A DNA stretch of 64,000 bases, taken from positions 640,001 to 704,000 of the forward strand of contig OY761614.1 in the NCBI GenBank assembly GCA_963664825.1. Reading direction: 5' to 3'. A program made the translations under genes and the position numbers. The stretch comes from an uncultured Holophaga sp. GTDB lineage: Bacteria; Acidobacteriota; Holophagae; Holophagales; Holophagaceae. The notes beneath the pieces are model-generated. The model was not told the origin of the DNA. It searched no databases and worked only from the letters and a program-made list of their open reading frames with translations. Positions 23,868 to 32,909 of this stretch are shown here, in pieces (the stretch's first letter is position 1; each line of letters starts with the position of its first letter).

Positions 23868-24681
23868 GGTTTTCCTTGGGGAGGGCCCCGATAGCCTGAA
23901 TTGATTTCAACAGACGCAGCCAGGTTGCGGGCTCGATGGCCTCCGCGCGGATGGCAGGGGCCAGGCCCTCGGCATCCAGGATGGCCTTGATCCGTTCCGT
24001 GTCCAGGAAGCAGAGCCAGTTATTGGAAAGCGTCTTGCGACGGTGAGCGAAGCTGCGGTGAAGGAGGGCCAGCAGCACCCTCCGGGTCTCATGATCGGGC
24101 GCATCCGGGTGGCGATCGAAGCGCAGCACGACCGAATCCACCTTCGGCGCGGGCCGGAAGGAACCTGGTCCCAGCTTCATCAGGCGAGTGACCCGGCAGC
24201 AGAGCTGGGAGAGCACAGAGAGCGGCCCGAAGGCCTTCTCTCCAGGATGGCCCAGGATCTTCTGGCCCACCTCGAGCTGAAACATGAAGACCAAGCGCTC
24301 CCAGTCCAGGGGTTCCAGCAGGAAACGCGTCAGGATGGGCGTGGCCGCGTTGTAGGGCAGATTGCCCACCACGGACCAGGACCCGCCTTCGGGGAGGGGC
24401 GCCTGGACCGCATCCCCCCGCAGAATATGGAAGTGGGAAATCCCCCCGAAGCGCTCCGCCAGAAGGGCGCAGGCCTCCGGGTCCAGGTCCATGGCCCACA
24501 GGGGACGGCCATCCGCCAGGAGAGGTTCCGTCAGCGTCCCAGGCCCCGGGCCAATCTCCAGGAGGAGGGAGGCCGGGGAGGCCAGTGTGTCCCTGACGAT
24601 TGACCGAATGGCCGCAGACGAAATCAGGAAATTCTGGCCGAGCTCTTTCTTTGGACGGAGTTGGAGAGCAGGAGGGTTCAT
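23842..24681 (-). CDS. rsmA: 16S rRNA dimethyladenosine transferase
   Basis: KKELGQNFL, EIGPGPG, GNLPYN, FRPAPKVDS. Start placed downstream of the pilY1 terminator. Confidence 0.95.
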   Translation of the reverse strand: MNPPALQLRPKKELGQNFLISSAAIRSIVRDTLASPASLLLEIGPGPGTLTEPLLADGRPLWAMDLDPEACALLAERFGGISHFHILRGDAVQAPLPEGGSWSVVGNLPYNAATPILTRFLLEPLDWERLVFMFQLEVGQKILGHPGEKAFGPLSVLSQLCCRVTRLMKLGPGSFRPAPKVDSVVLRFDRHPDAPDHETRRVLLALLHRSFAHRRKTLSNNWLCFLDTERIKAILDAEGLAPAIRAEAIEPATWLRLLKSIQAIGALPKENHGISLTDL

Positions 24682-24718
24682 GTAGGACTCCATACTCTCA
24701 TCCAATTTGAAGGCTTGC

Positions 24719-24749
24719 AAAAAAGGCACCGGCCTTGAGCCGGCGCCTC
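24719..24749 (-). terminator. Rho-independent terminator after pilY1
   Basis: AGGCGCCGGC-TCAAG-GCCGGTGCCT followed by TTTTT. Confidence 0.85.
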
Positions 24750-24766
24750 CTTCCCTCAGGACGTTC

Positions 24767-27700
24767 CTAATGCACAGTCCGCCACACCCGGGGCTTGGGG
24801 AAACGCTGGGAGGCGGTGCCGCGGATGGTGTGGATCTCCGGCGTGGTCAGGCTCGATCCGGTCGGAGCACCGCTGACCAGCACGGCGCCTCCCTGCAGGA
24901 CGCCTCGGGTGCCCACGGCGATGTAATCCGAAGCCACCCCCGCCCACTTGTCCGTCTGCCCGCTGAGGGGCACGAACCCGCTCCGGGTGTCCTTGACGAT
25001 GGGATTCTTGACGTCGGTGATCAGCCAGCTGTAGCTCTCGCCATCCCCCGGCTTGCAGGGATCCGCCTTGATGGGTTGGAAATACGTGTAGAAGAGGCTG
25101 CCTGCCACCACCATGGGGGGATTGATCCCCTTGGGGGTGAAACCGCGGTCGATGCTCGGGAAATTCACGTAGTAGCCGAATTTGGGAGTCCCGTAGACAT
25201 TAGGAGGCCCAACGGTGTATGAGGCGAGGTAGTAATCGGGACATCCGGGGGTGATGTACTTGAAGATGTCATCCCCACAGGCGTTGGCCGGCGTGGAACT
25301 GACGTTATTGTCCGTGAAATTGGCCAGGCCGCCATCCGTGATGCCCGCATCGGGCCCCGCAGCGCTGTCCAGACCCCAGGCCCGGCTATCCTGCCGGTCG
25401 AACACCACGGTCAGACGGTGGTTGATGGGCGCGATATCGGTGGTCGTGTTGTATTTCTGGTCCAGGGGATTATTGCGATCCCCGCTCACCATGGCCACCC
25501 CCACAGCGGAGGGGGCCACGGACCCGGCCTTCCCCACCCCCGGGAAGGTGCCCACCCGGAAGGGCGCGGGAAGGGTGGAATAGCGGGCCCCGAGCGCGGT
25601 TGTCTTGTTGGAGTCCTGATAGACCTTCCGCATGGACCAATTGGTGAGCTGGGAGCTATCGATGCGGAAATCCACGTAGGGATCCGTCGCCGATACGGCC
25701 TTGGAGCCCCAGGCCCAGAGGCCCCCCTTGTAATCCAGGAAATAGGCCCGCTGGGCCATGCCGGAATTGAGGATGTACTCGAAGGGAATGAGGCCACCCG
25801 CCACCGGCCCCACCGTGCTTCCCCCGATATTCGAATCGGTCAGGTTCTTGACGGCCAGAACCGCGCCCGAATACACATCCAGGGCCATGACGGAACGTCC
25901 CAGGGGGGTGGAATTGCCCGACCCGTCGGGAAAGCTGGCCTCCACTTCCGGAACACTGAAACCACCCCCCAGGAAAACCGCATCCCGGATGACGCTATTG
26001 AACTGGATCCGCCCAAAGGCTGGCGTGCATGTGGAGAAACCCCACTTCGCCAGGATATCGGTCACGCCGCTGAGGGTTGGACCGCCCGCCAGGATCCGGG
26101 TGCTGGGGAAACTGGCCGCCTCATCGGGCACAAGGGTCCATTGCAGGGTCGGCGTGAAGGGATCGTGGATATCGAGCGCGTAGTAGCTGCGACCTCCCTT
26201 GCGGAGCCCGATGACTGCGATAGCGCGTTCCGTGGAATCCACCACGCCATTGCCCGCCCCACCGCCGGAGGGGGGCAGATCCAGGTGATACAGAGCCGGG
26301 GATCCATCCACCATGAAGCGGTGCGGATTATTGGGCACGGTGATGTAGTTGAGATTGGCCAGGAAATCCGTGGGCATGAAGCTCCAGAGCTCATCGACGG
26401 CCCCCTCGATGATCTGCTGGCCGGCATTGGGATTGGGCGCCGCCAGCGTGGTGGTCTTGGTCACCTCCCCGAAGGCGTGCAGCCATCCCTGGTTGGTGCC
26501 TACCAGGATGAGCCGGAAGCGGTTCCCGCCCACGGCGGCCAGACGAGGCGTGAGCCTAGCCGACACATCGCTCCATTTGTATTCCAGGGCCGCCGGGGCT
26601 GAATTGATGATGTCACCCATGATGTTGGTCCGGTTGACCGTCGGACGGCCGTCGGCGTCATAGGGCCCCTTGACCGTGTCACCGCCCGCGGCGAACTGGA
26701 TGACCGCCCTCTGGGCGGCGCTACCCGCAGCCAGGGAAGTCGTCACGTATTTCTGAAGGCCATTGGTGGCATCCGAATAATCCGTGCCCGTATCGGTGAA
26801 GGGCTTGAGCGCGGTGCCACCCGGAACACGGGTGTAGAGCTTCCGCGCGCTCCAGAGCCGGGCATAGAACAGGGCGTCCTTGGCCGACCACTGGGCCGTG
26901 TTCGCGTCGAGGGTGGAGGCCTGGGAGCCCGTCTTGTCGAGGATGAGGGTCTGGCCGTTCACCTCCCGGGTGCCGAACATGAGCAGGTCTCCGGGCCAAA
27001 CGGCGCCTCCGGTCACGGGGGGCTGGAATTTGCCTGCGTAGATCTGCTTGCCGAGGCTCGCCCCCACGAAGGGCAGGTTCGGATTGGCGGTGGCGTTGAT
27101 GTTGGGAGCGCCCGTCATCTCCAGGAAGGCCCTGCGCAGATCCGTGTTCAGCTTCTCGGGATTGGTGGCATCGAAGAAATAGAGGCTTCCCGACTTCTTC
27201 TGCCCCACTTCGGGAAAGTCGGTGGTGGCCCCTGGTTTAGCCTCCCACACGAAGGGCGTGAGGGTGCTGATATCCTCCGTGGCGGGCATGCCCTTGTCGC
27301 CCACAGCCGCTGTGAGGAAGAGGTTGCGCTTGGCGCCGGAATCCGTGTACTTGCCCCCCAGACTCACACCCACCGCCATGGTCGTGATGGGGTGGTCGTA
27401 CCCGAAATCCACTCCGTTGCGCTTCTTAATGGCATAGGGCAGGAAGGACCTCGGCGTGCCAGACGTCGTAGTCGTGCCGGGGTTAAGAGCCGCCAGATAA
27501 TCCGTGCCCACCGCGCCCATGGAGGAATCGCACATGTGGGCCGCGACCCCGGCGAAGGTGAACATGTTCCAGTAGGAGCCCGTCCGATCGATGGAGGCAC
27601 GATTGGCGATGATCGCCCTGTTGCCCGCCAGGGCATTGACCTTGGTTGTGCCCGAGGCGGCCACCAGGTAGGGCGTATCCATGTTCTGATTGGGGGTCGA

Positions 27701-29686
27701 GGTGTTGTTGTTGTCGGCGCCGTCCGTGAACACGATGAGGAAGTGGTTCCCGCACTGGGAAGGAGCGTCCAGCCCCGTCTCCACGCTGTTGAAGACGCTA
27801 TTGGGGTCCGTGAACTGGGCCAGGGCCCGGGCCGTGGCATAGGTCAGGGGCGTGCCGTTATAGGCGAAGAGGCTCGCGATGCGGCTCATGGCCGCGACTG
27901 AATTCCCGTTCAGCAGCGTCCAACCCGAATCGCCCCCGTCCATGACCGTCGTGGAGGGATCCGTGGCATCCAGGGTGGTCTTGGAATTGTTGTTGATGGT
28001 GTTGCCGTTCGTGGGGTTGGCCTCATTGTCCACATCTAGGAAACGGTAGGCCCAGAAGACATCCGCCTGGAAATTGATCCAGGTCTGGATGGCGGCCCGC
28101 TTCACAGCCTGGGCCCGCGTGAGCCCCGGGATGCGCATATCCGTGGCCAGGGGATCCGGAGTGACCGTGAGGGAGGCCAGATCCGAAGTCGAATCCCCCA
28201 GGTAGGTGATCCCATCCAGGGCGTAGAGGGGGATCTTGATGTGCTCGGTGGCCCCCATGGAGCCGTGGCCCTGGCCCCAGTTCGCATTTCCCTGTCCGGC
28301 CACGAGGTTGGCATTGGCCGCGTCGAAGACGATGTACTTGCCCACAAAGAAGCTGTTGGTGGTGTAGTTCGGGCTGGAGGCATCCGCGTTCTGGTACTTG
28401 CCCTTGAAGAGCCAGTCGATGTAATCGGCCCGGTAGGTGCCCACGTAGCCCGTGCGGGTGGTCTGGAGCGTCGTGCTCGTCTGCTGGGTAGCATCTCCGG
28501 TCAGCACCTGGGAGCCGTGGGACAGCGTGTAGCACCGGTCCATCTCGATATCCGTGCCGCTCCCATAGGTGCTCGTCGTGAAATCGGAGTTGATGCGAGT
28601 GAAGACCGGGTCGGGCATCTTCCAGGAGGTCAGAGGGTTCGAATCGGAATTCCGGCTGGTGAGCTTCCAGGGAATGGGGATATCCAGCGTGCGCAGGACC
28701 GAGCCATCCAGGTATTCGAAGCGCACATGGCTGGCGGCGCGCACCCAGTTGCGCACATCATTCTTCCCAAAGGTCGCGCCATACAATCCGGATGCAGTCG
28801 TGGTGGACACGTCCGCATCGCTCTCGGTGACGATATCGCCGCTGGGCTTGATCAGCTTCGTGCTGGTCAGGGTGCCCACGGTGTTGCCCTGAAGGGTCGC
28901 CGTCACGGTGCCGGGAGTGACAGGAGCCCCGGCGGCGGGGGCGACCCAGGCCGTGGACTGGACACTGGAAGTCCAGGACGTGCCCGAACCCACTGTGCCA
29001 CCGCTCGTCGCGGCGGGGGAAAGCGTCGTGATCCATGGACCGGATACCGTCCAGGTGAGGCCGCTATTGAATGTGCAGCCACAGGCGCTCGCGACATTCG
29101 AAAGGTTGGTGGCCCTATAGCCACCACTATCCGTGCTCCCCCTCATCGTAACGGTAGCCGAAAAGGTGTAGGACGTGCCGGTGGTAGTCGTGCCTGTGGG
29201 GGCTCTCGTGATATTGGAGATGCGCGTCCACAGGTACCTGCGACTCCCCCCCGAACCATAACTGAAGGAGAATTCTCCGTTGTTCCTTGTGGTCACCGTG
29301 TTGGAGCCTACCGTGACATAGATTTCCGCCCACACATTGGTGTTCTGGACGGAGGTGGCCCGGATCGTGTAGGTGCCGGGCGTCGTCGCCCCGGTGCCGG
29401 GACTGAGCGAGAAGCTCATGTTCCCCTTCGGGCTGCTATCGAGGGCATCGGTATTCACGAACAACGGGTGGTACATCAGGGCGGCCATGGACCCCGAGAA
29501 GTCGAAGACCGTGACGATCTCGGGCTTGGCCTTCAGGCTGGTGGAAGCCTGGTAGAGATCCAGGAAATCGGTCTTGCTGCCCTGGAGCCTGGGGTCCAGC
29601 TGGGCGTGGAGGGGCAGGAGGGCGGCCAGGCATCCCAACAGGAGGCCCTGGAACATTCGGCTGAAGCTTCTCGGATGACGGAACAT
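24767..29686 (-). CDS. pilY1: PilY1/PilC-like type IV pilus tip adhesin (about 1640 aa)
   Basis: Signal peptide; MIDAS DFSGSM ... GTPLT ... FTDG; propeller motifs MGDIINSAP, VGTNQGWLHAF, ELWSFMP, VDGSP, GLRKGGRSYYALD; follows the minor pilins; GAGGAG RBS. Confidence 0.88.
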   Translation of the reverse strand: MFRHPRSFSRMFQGLLLGCLAALLPLHAQLDPRLQGSKTDFLDLYQASTSLKAKPEIVTVFDFSGSMAALMYHPLFVNTDALDSSPKGNMSFSLSPGTGATTPGTYTIRATSVQNTNVWAEIYVTVGSNTVTTRNNGEFSFSYGSGGSRRYLWTRISNITRAPTGTTTTGTSYTFSATVTMRGSTDSGGYRATNLSNVASACGCTFNSGLTWTVSGPWITTLSPAATSGGTVGSGTSWTSSVQSTAWVAPAAGAPVTPGTVTATLQGNTVGTLTSTKLIKPSGDIVTESDADVSTTTASGLYGATFGKNDVRNWVRAASHVRFEYLDGSVLRTLDIPIPWKLTSRNSDSNPLTSWKMPDPVFTRINSDFTTSTYGSGTDIEMDRCYTLSHGSQVLTGDATQQTSTTLQTTRTGYVGTYRADYIDWLFKGKYQNADASSPNYTTNSFFVGKYIVFDAANANLVAGQGNANWGQGHGSMGATEHIKIPLYALDGITYLGDSTSDLASLTVTPDPLATDMRIPGLTRAQAVKRAAIQTWINFQADVFWAYRFLDVDNEANPTNGNTINNNSKTTLDATDPSTTVMDGGDSGWTLLNGNSVAAMSRIASLFAYNGTPLTYATARALAQFTDPNSVFNSVETGLDAPSQCGNHFLIVFTDGADNNNTSTPNQNMDTPYLVAASGTTKVNALAGNRAIIANRASIDRTGSYWNMFTFAGVAAHMCDSSMGAVGTDYLAALNPGTTTTSGTPRSFLPYAIKKRNGVDFGYDHPITTMAVGVSLGGKYTDSGAKRNLFLTAAVGDKGMPATEDISTLTPFVWEAKPGATTDFPEVGQKKSGSLYFFDATNPEKLNTDLRRAFLEMTGAPNINATANPNLPFVGASLGKQIYAGKFQPPVTGGAVWPGDLLMFGTREVNGQTLILDKTGSQASTLDANTAQWSAKDALFYARLWSARKLYTRVPGGTALKPFTDTGTDYSDATNGLQKYVTTSLAAGSAAQRAVIQFAAGGDTVKGPYDADGRPTVNRTNIMGDIINSAPAALEYKWSDVSARLTPRLAAVGGNRFRLILVGTNQGWLHAFGEVTKTTTLAAPNPNAGQQIIEGAVDELWSFMPTDFLANLNYITVPNNPHRFMVDGSPALYHLDLPPSGGGAGNGVVDSTERAIAVIGLRKGGRSYYALDIHDPFTPTLQWTLVPDEAASFPSTRILAGGPTLSGVTDILAKWGFSTCTPAFGRIQFNSVIRDAVFLGGGFSVPEVEASFPDGSGNSTPLGRSVMALDVYSGAVLAVKNLTDSNIGGSTVGPVAGGLIPFEYILNSGMAQRAYFLDYKGGLWAWGSKAVSATDPYVDFRIDSSQLTNWSMRKVYQDSNKTTALGARYSTLPAPFRVGTFPGVGKAGSVAPSAVGVAMVSGDRNNPLDQKYNTTTDIAPINHRLTVVFDRQDSRAWGLDSAAGPDAGITDGGLANFTDNNVSSTPANACGDDIFKYITPGCPDYYLASYTVGPPNVYGTPKFGYYVNFPSIDRGFTPKGINPPMVVAGSLFYTYFQPIKADPCKPGDGESYSWLITDVKNPIVKDTRSGFVPLSGQTDKWAGVASDYIAVGTRGVLQGGAVLVSGAPTGSSLTTPEIHTIRGTASQRFPKPRVWRTVH

Positions 29687-29702
29687 GGCCCACTCCTCTG
29701 AC

Positions 29703-30311
29703 TTACTGGACGGGTGTGGAGATCCATGCTTCCTTCGCATGGATGAAGGTGACGGCGCCCTGCAGCACCTGGGCATCCGACCGAACCGCCCAGAGATCGG
29801 GGGCCTGGAGCAAGAGGCCTCCGGAGGCGGGCGTGAAGGCGCCCGACCCGGATCCCTGGCTGATATCAGTGATAGGCAGCTTGCCCATGCGGGTGAGTCC
29901 GAGGGTGAAGCCCTGGGTGACGTTCGCGGGACCCGGCAACTTCAGATCCGATTGCAGCGTTCTCCCGGGCAAGTAATCGCCGCCCGTGCTGATGTCCTTG
30001 GCGACCCCCGAAAGGGTGTCATCCGTGAGCAGGGTCGTCTTCAGGGTGGTCAATTGCAGGGCGGCCCCAGCGGTGGCCAGCTTGCCGTTCTCCAAATCGA
30101 TCCAATGGATGGACCACTCGATGCCCGAATCGGCCACGTTGCGGGTCATGGCCCCCTGGCGGCTGAAGCCCGAGGTGATGATCTCCCGGAAGGAATTCCG
30201 GGACATGCCCAGGGCCGCGATGGTCAGGAGCACCAGCAGCATGAGCGAGACCAGGATGGTGATGCCACCGGCCTGGGGAGAACCCGGATCGTGTCGCACA
30301 GGAATCTTCAT
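29703..30311 (-). CDS. pilX: PilX-like minor pilin
   Basis: G|ITILVSLMLLVLLTIAAL prepilin without Glu5; VADSGIEW motif. Confidence 0.8.
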   Translation of the reverse strand: MKIPVRHDPGSPQAGGITILVSLMLLVLLTIAALGMSRNSFREIITSGFSRQGAMTRNVADSGIEWSIHWIDLENGKLATAGAALQLTTLKTTLLTDDTLSGVAKDISTGGDYLPGRTLQSDLKLPGPANVTQGFTLGLTRMGKLPITDISQGSGSGAFTPASGGLLLQAPDLWAVRSDAQVLQGAVTFIHAKEAWISTPVQ

Positions 30312-30320
30312 GGCTGCCCC

Positions 30321-31493
30321 CTAGTTCATGGTCAAGCCCGAATGCCGTGGTACGAAGACGAGGCTCTGGGTCAGGTCCTTGTAGGCCAACGTATTCAGGG
30401 TGCTGGAATACTCCGTGCGCTGGGACGCCGTGCGCGTGCTGACGTCGACTCTCACCAGGGTGGGAATGGAACGGAACCAGTGCTCGCTGGCCCGGGTGGT
30501 CTGGTGGTCGGGCCGCCCCGAATTCACCAGCTGCGCGTCCAGCTGGGCGCGGATCCCCTGATCCCATCCGGCGGAGAACCCCGTGGTGGTCGCGGGGAGC
30601 CCGAACCCGGCCCAGTTCTGCCCATCCGTGCTGAGGTAGACCTTGAAGCCCGAGACGTTCTCCGTGATGATCTGCTGCGGCAGCGTGGCGTGGAACTCGG
30701 CTCCGTTGTAGACCCCCTGGTCCCTCACGAGACAGGGGATGCCATTGGCGTTGAGCGGGTCGAGATTGAGGAGCATGATCCGGTAGCGCACCATCTGGGC
30801 CGGCTGGATGAACACGATGCCGCTGCCTCCCAGATGCTTGGACTTGACGGGGAGCCCTGCGGCCCCCGTGCCCGTGATGGAGGCCGCAGGATCCGGACCC
30901 GCCACCACGGTGACGTTCGAGCCCGAAGGCTCCGGGTCCGCATTGATGAAGGCGATTTCCCAGGAGTCCTTGAAGATGAAGATCTGTCCCTTCTTGACCT
31001 GACCTGCGTAGGTCGGCGAATCCGCGCAATTGATGACATAGGTGTTATCGGTCACCGTTGGGGCAGTGCCTGCCAAGACCAGCTCTGCGGCCGTCTGCTG
31101 GGGGGCCGCTCCACTCAGCGTCCCCTCAAAGGGGAGAGGCTGGTCCATGTAGAAGTAAAGCTCGTCGGTAGTCTGGGGATCATGAACCCCGGCGCCCGGG
31201 ATGGACACGTTGGGCAGGATGAAGAAGGGCGGGACCGTCGCCACCACGGCGGGAGGCACCGAGAGATCCACCAGATACATGGCGGCCGTATTGAGATCGT
31301 CACCCAGCAGATCAATGGACATGCGGTTGCGACGGGCGCTGGAGAGCTGTTCCCCGGAGGTGTAGAAGGTGGACAGGCTGCCCTTGAAGACCGCCGCCAT
31401 GCCCGCCATCAGGATCCCCGTGAAGACCAGGGCCACGAGCATCTCGACAAGCGAAAAGCCATCGGCACAGGAGCAGGAGCGAGGCTTAGCCAT
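30321..31493 (-). CDS. pilW: PilW-like minor pilin
   Basis: G|FSLVEMLVAL N-methylation site; position between pilV and pilX. Confidence 0.82.
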   Translation of the reverse strand: MAKPRSCSCADGFSLVEMLVALVFTGILMAGMAAVFKGSLSTFYTSGEQLSSARRNRMSIDLLGDDLNTAAMYLVDLSVPPAVVATVPPFFILPNVSIPGAGVHDPQTTDELYFYMDQPLPFEGTLSGAAPQQTAAELVLAGTAPTVTDNTYVINCADSPTYAGQVKKGQIFIFKDSWEIAFINADPEPSGSNVTVVAGPDPAASITGTGAAGLPVKSKHLGGSGIVFIQPAQMVRYRIMLLNLDPLNANGIPCLVRDQGVYNGAEFHATLPQQIITENVSGFKVYLSTDGQNWAGFGLPATTTGFSAGWDQGIRAQLDAQLVNSGRPDHQTTRASEHWFRSIPTLVRVDVSTRTASQRTEYSSTLNTLAYKDLTQSLVFVPRHSGLTMN

Positions 31494-32019
31494 GGACGAT
31501 CCTCCGAGTGAGGGAGAGCGTGCGCTGGATGGGCGCGCTGGCGCGATCCACGTTGTCGACGAACTGCACCTGCACGCTCACATCGGAGATCCGCCCGGTG
31601 GCGGCGGCCGCAGCCGGTACCCGCGTGGTGGTGACCGTGAAGAAGGGAGTGCTCAGGGCCGGATCCGTGGAAACGGCATCCGGGGCCCCTCCCCGGATAT
31701 TGAAGGTCTCGACCAGCTGTCCGTCAGCGGGGATGACGATGTATCTGAGATTCGGAAGATCGGCGGCGATGCTGGGGGCAGCGCGGTTGGTGTCGGTGAG
31801 GTTGAGCCAGCTCAGGCGCCCCTCCATCTCCACCCGGTCCATCACCTGCTCGGCCACCAGGATCGCCGTGGATAGACTCTTGCTGCCGCGGGAGGCCCGC
31901 AGGGACATGGTCTGGAGCATGGTGAGCCCAAGAATGCCGATGGCCAGGATGAAGGCCGTGATCAGCATCTCGATCATGCTGAAGCCAGCCTGGGCGCCCC
32001 TTCCCTTTCGAATGCGCAT
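31486..32019 (-). CDS. pilV: PilV-like minor pilin
   Basis: G|FSMIEMLITAFILAIGILGL; TGATG overlap with the upstream gene; GGAGG RBS. Confidence 0.85.
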   Translation of the reverse strand: MRIRKGRGAQAGFSMIEMLITAFILAIGILGLTMLQTMSLRASRGSKSLSTAILVAEQVMDRVEMEGRLSWLNLTDTNRAAPSIAADLPNLRYIVIPADGQLVETFNIRGGAPDAVSTDPALSTPFFTVTTTRVPAAAAATGRISDVSVQVQFVDNVDRASAPIQRTLSLTRRIVHG

Positions 32020-32777
32020 CAGAGCCTCCGCCATTGGCCGTCGCCATTCTGGATGCCGGGGTTGTAGAACTTGTAGATCGAGGCGCCATTGCCCATCACG
32101 ACGATCAAACCCATGGGGGCCCCCGGAAGCACCCCGCCGCTGCTGGTGGTCCCCACGATCCGGATGCTGAAGGTGGTATTGAAGCGTTTGTTGCTGCCGC
32201 TGATAACGACGCGATTGAGCGCGGTCCGGCAGAAACTGTTCACATCGGCCGAGAGGCCGAGCATGGTCTCCCCGGATTTGAAGGGAGACACGGTGGTGAT
32301 GTCCTGGTTCCTGGCCCCGGGTGCCGTGGGCAGCTTGGCCTGGTTCCATTCCCCCGTACCCATCACGGCGATGCGGGCCCTGGAATGGGAGGGCTCCGTG
32401 GGTACGAAGTGGAAGGGGACGGCCACGGTCTGTCCATTGGCCAGGGAGGCCGCAGGCTGGATCCCAGCCAAGAGGCCATTGGCCGTGGTTTGGATCTGAG
32501 CGTCCGTGAGGGAGGCATCCCCCTGGGCCAGGATCAAAGGCGTGCCCGCCGCCCAGGTCCCCCAGCTCACGATGGCCACATCGCGGCCCGTGGCGACGGA
32601 GGCCTTGTGGGCGTTGGTGAGGGCGCCCTCGATCTCGTCCAGGAGGGAGCGCACGCCCCCCCCCTGCCGGTTGCCGAGCATGGTCACACCGACCATGGAC
32701 AGGATGCCGATGATCGCCAGCACGACGAGCATCTCGATGAGTGAGAAGCCTCGGAGACTTCGAGAGGAGATGACCAT
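32019..32777 (-). CDS. FimT/FimU-like minor pilin
   Basis: G|FSLIEMLVVLAIIGIL; first gene of the cluster. Confidence 0.82.
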   Translation of the reverse strand: MVISSRSLRGFSLIEMLVVLAIIGILSMVGVTMLGNRQGGGVRSLLDEIEGALTNAHKASVATGRDVAIVSWGTWAAGTPLILAQGDASLTDAQIQTTANGLLAGIQPAASLANGQTVAVPFHFVPTEPSHSRARIAVMGTGEWNQAKLPTAPGARNQDITTVSPFKSGETMLGLSADVNSFCRTALNRVVISGSNKRFNTTFSIRIVGTTSSGGVLPGAPMGLIVVMGNGASIYKFYNPGIQNGDGQWRRL

Positions 32778-32838
32778 GGCGGACCTCGACGGGAAAGATC
32801 GGGCGGGGCAACCATGGGAGAGGAAAATATTTGCGCGG

Positions 32839-32879
32839 TCTATATCAACATTTCCGTGAAGCGTCAAGGTTCCACGGAA
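32839..32879 (-). promoter_or_regulatory. sigma70-like promoter of the pilin cluster with an overlapping inverted repeat
   Basis: TTGACG-N17-TATAGA; TTCCGTG...CACGGAA arms flank the -35. Confidence 0.55.
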
Positions 32880-32909
32880 CTATTTCGCAGGCAAATGTAA
32901 AAAAAATAG

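Noticed and set aside
32656..32664. 9-nt G/C homopolymers as phase-variation tracts (also 11603-11611 and 56847-56855)
   Set aside because: A few such runs are expected by chance in 64 kb at this GC content, and all three ORFs are in frame.
31486..32811. 441-aa ORF suggesting a pilV N-terminal extension or fimU-pilV fusion; similar extensions at 18356-19432, 35251-36531 and 61999-63732
   Set aside because: The extensions are off-frame read-through of neighbouring genes; each real gene has its own downstream start supported by an RBS, a stop/start overlap or a promoter-like element.
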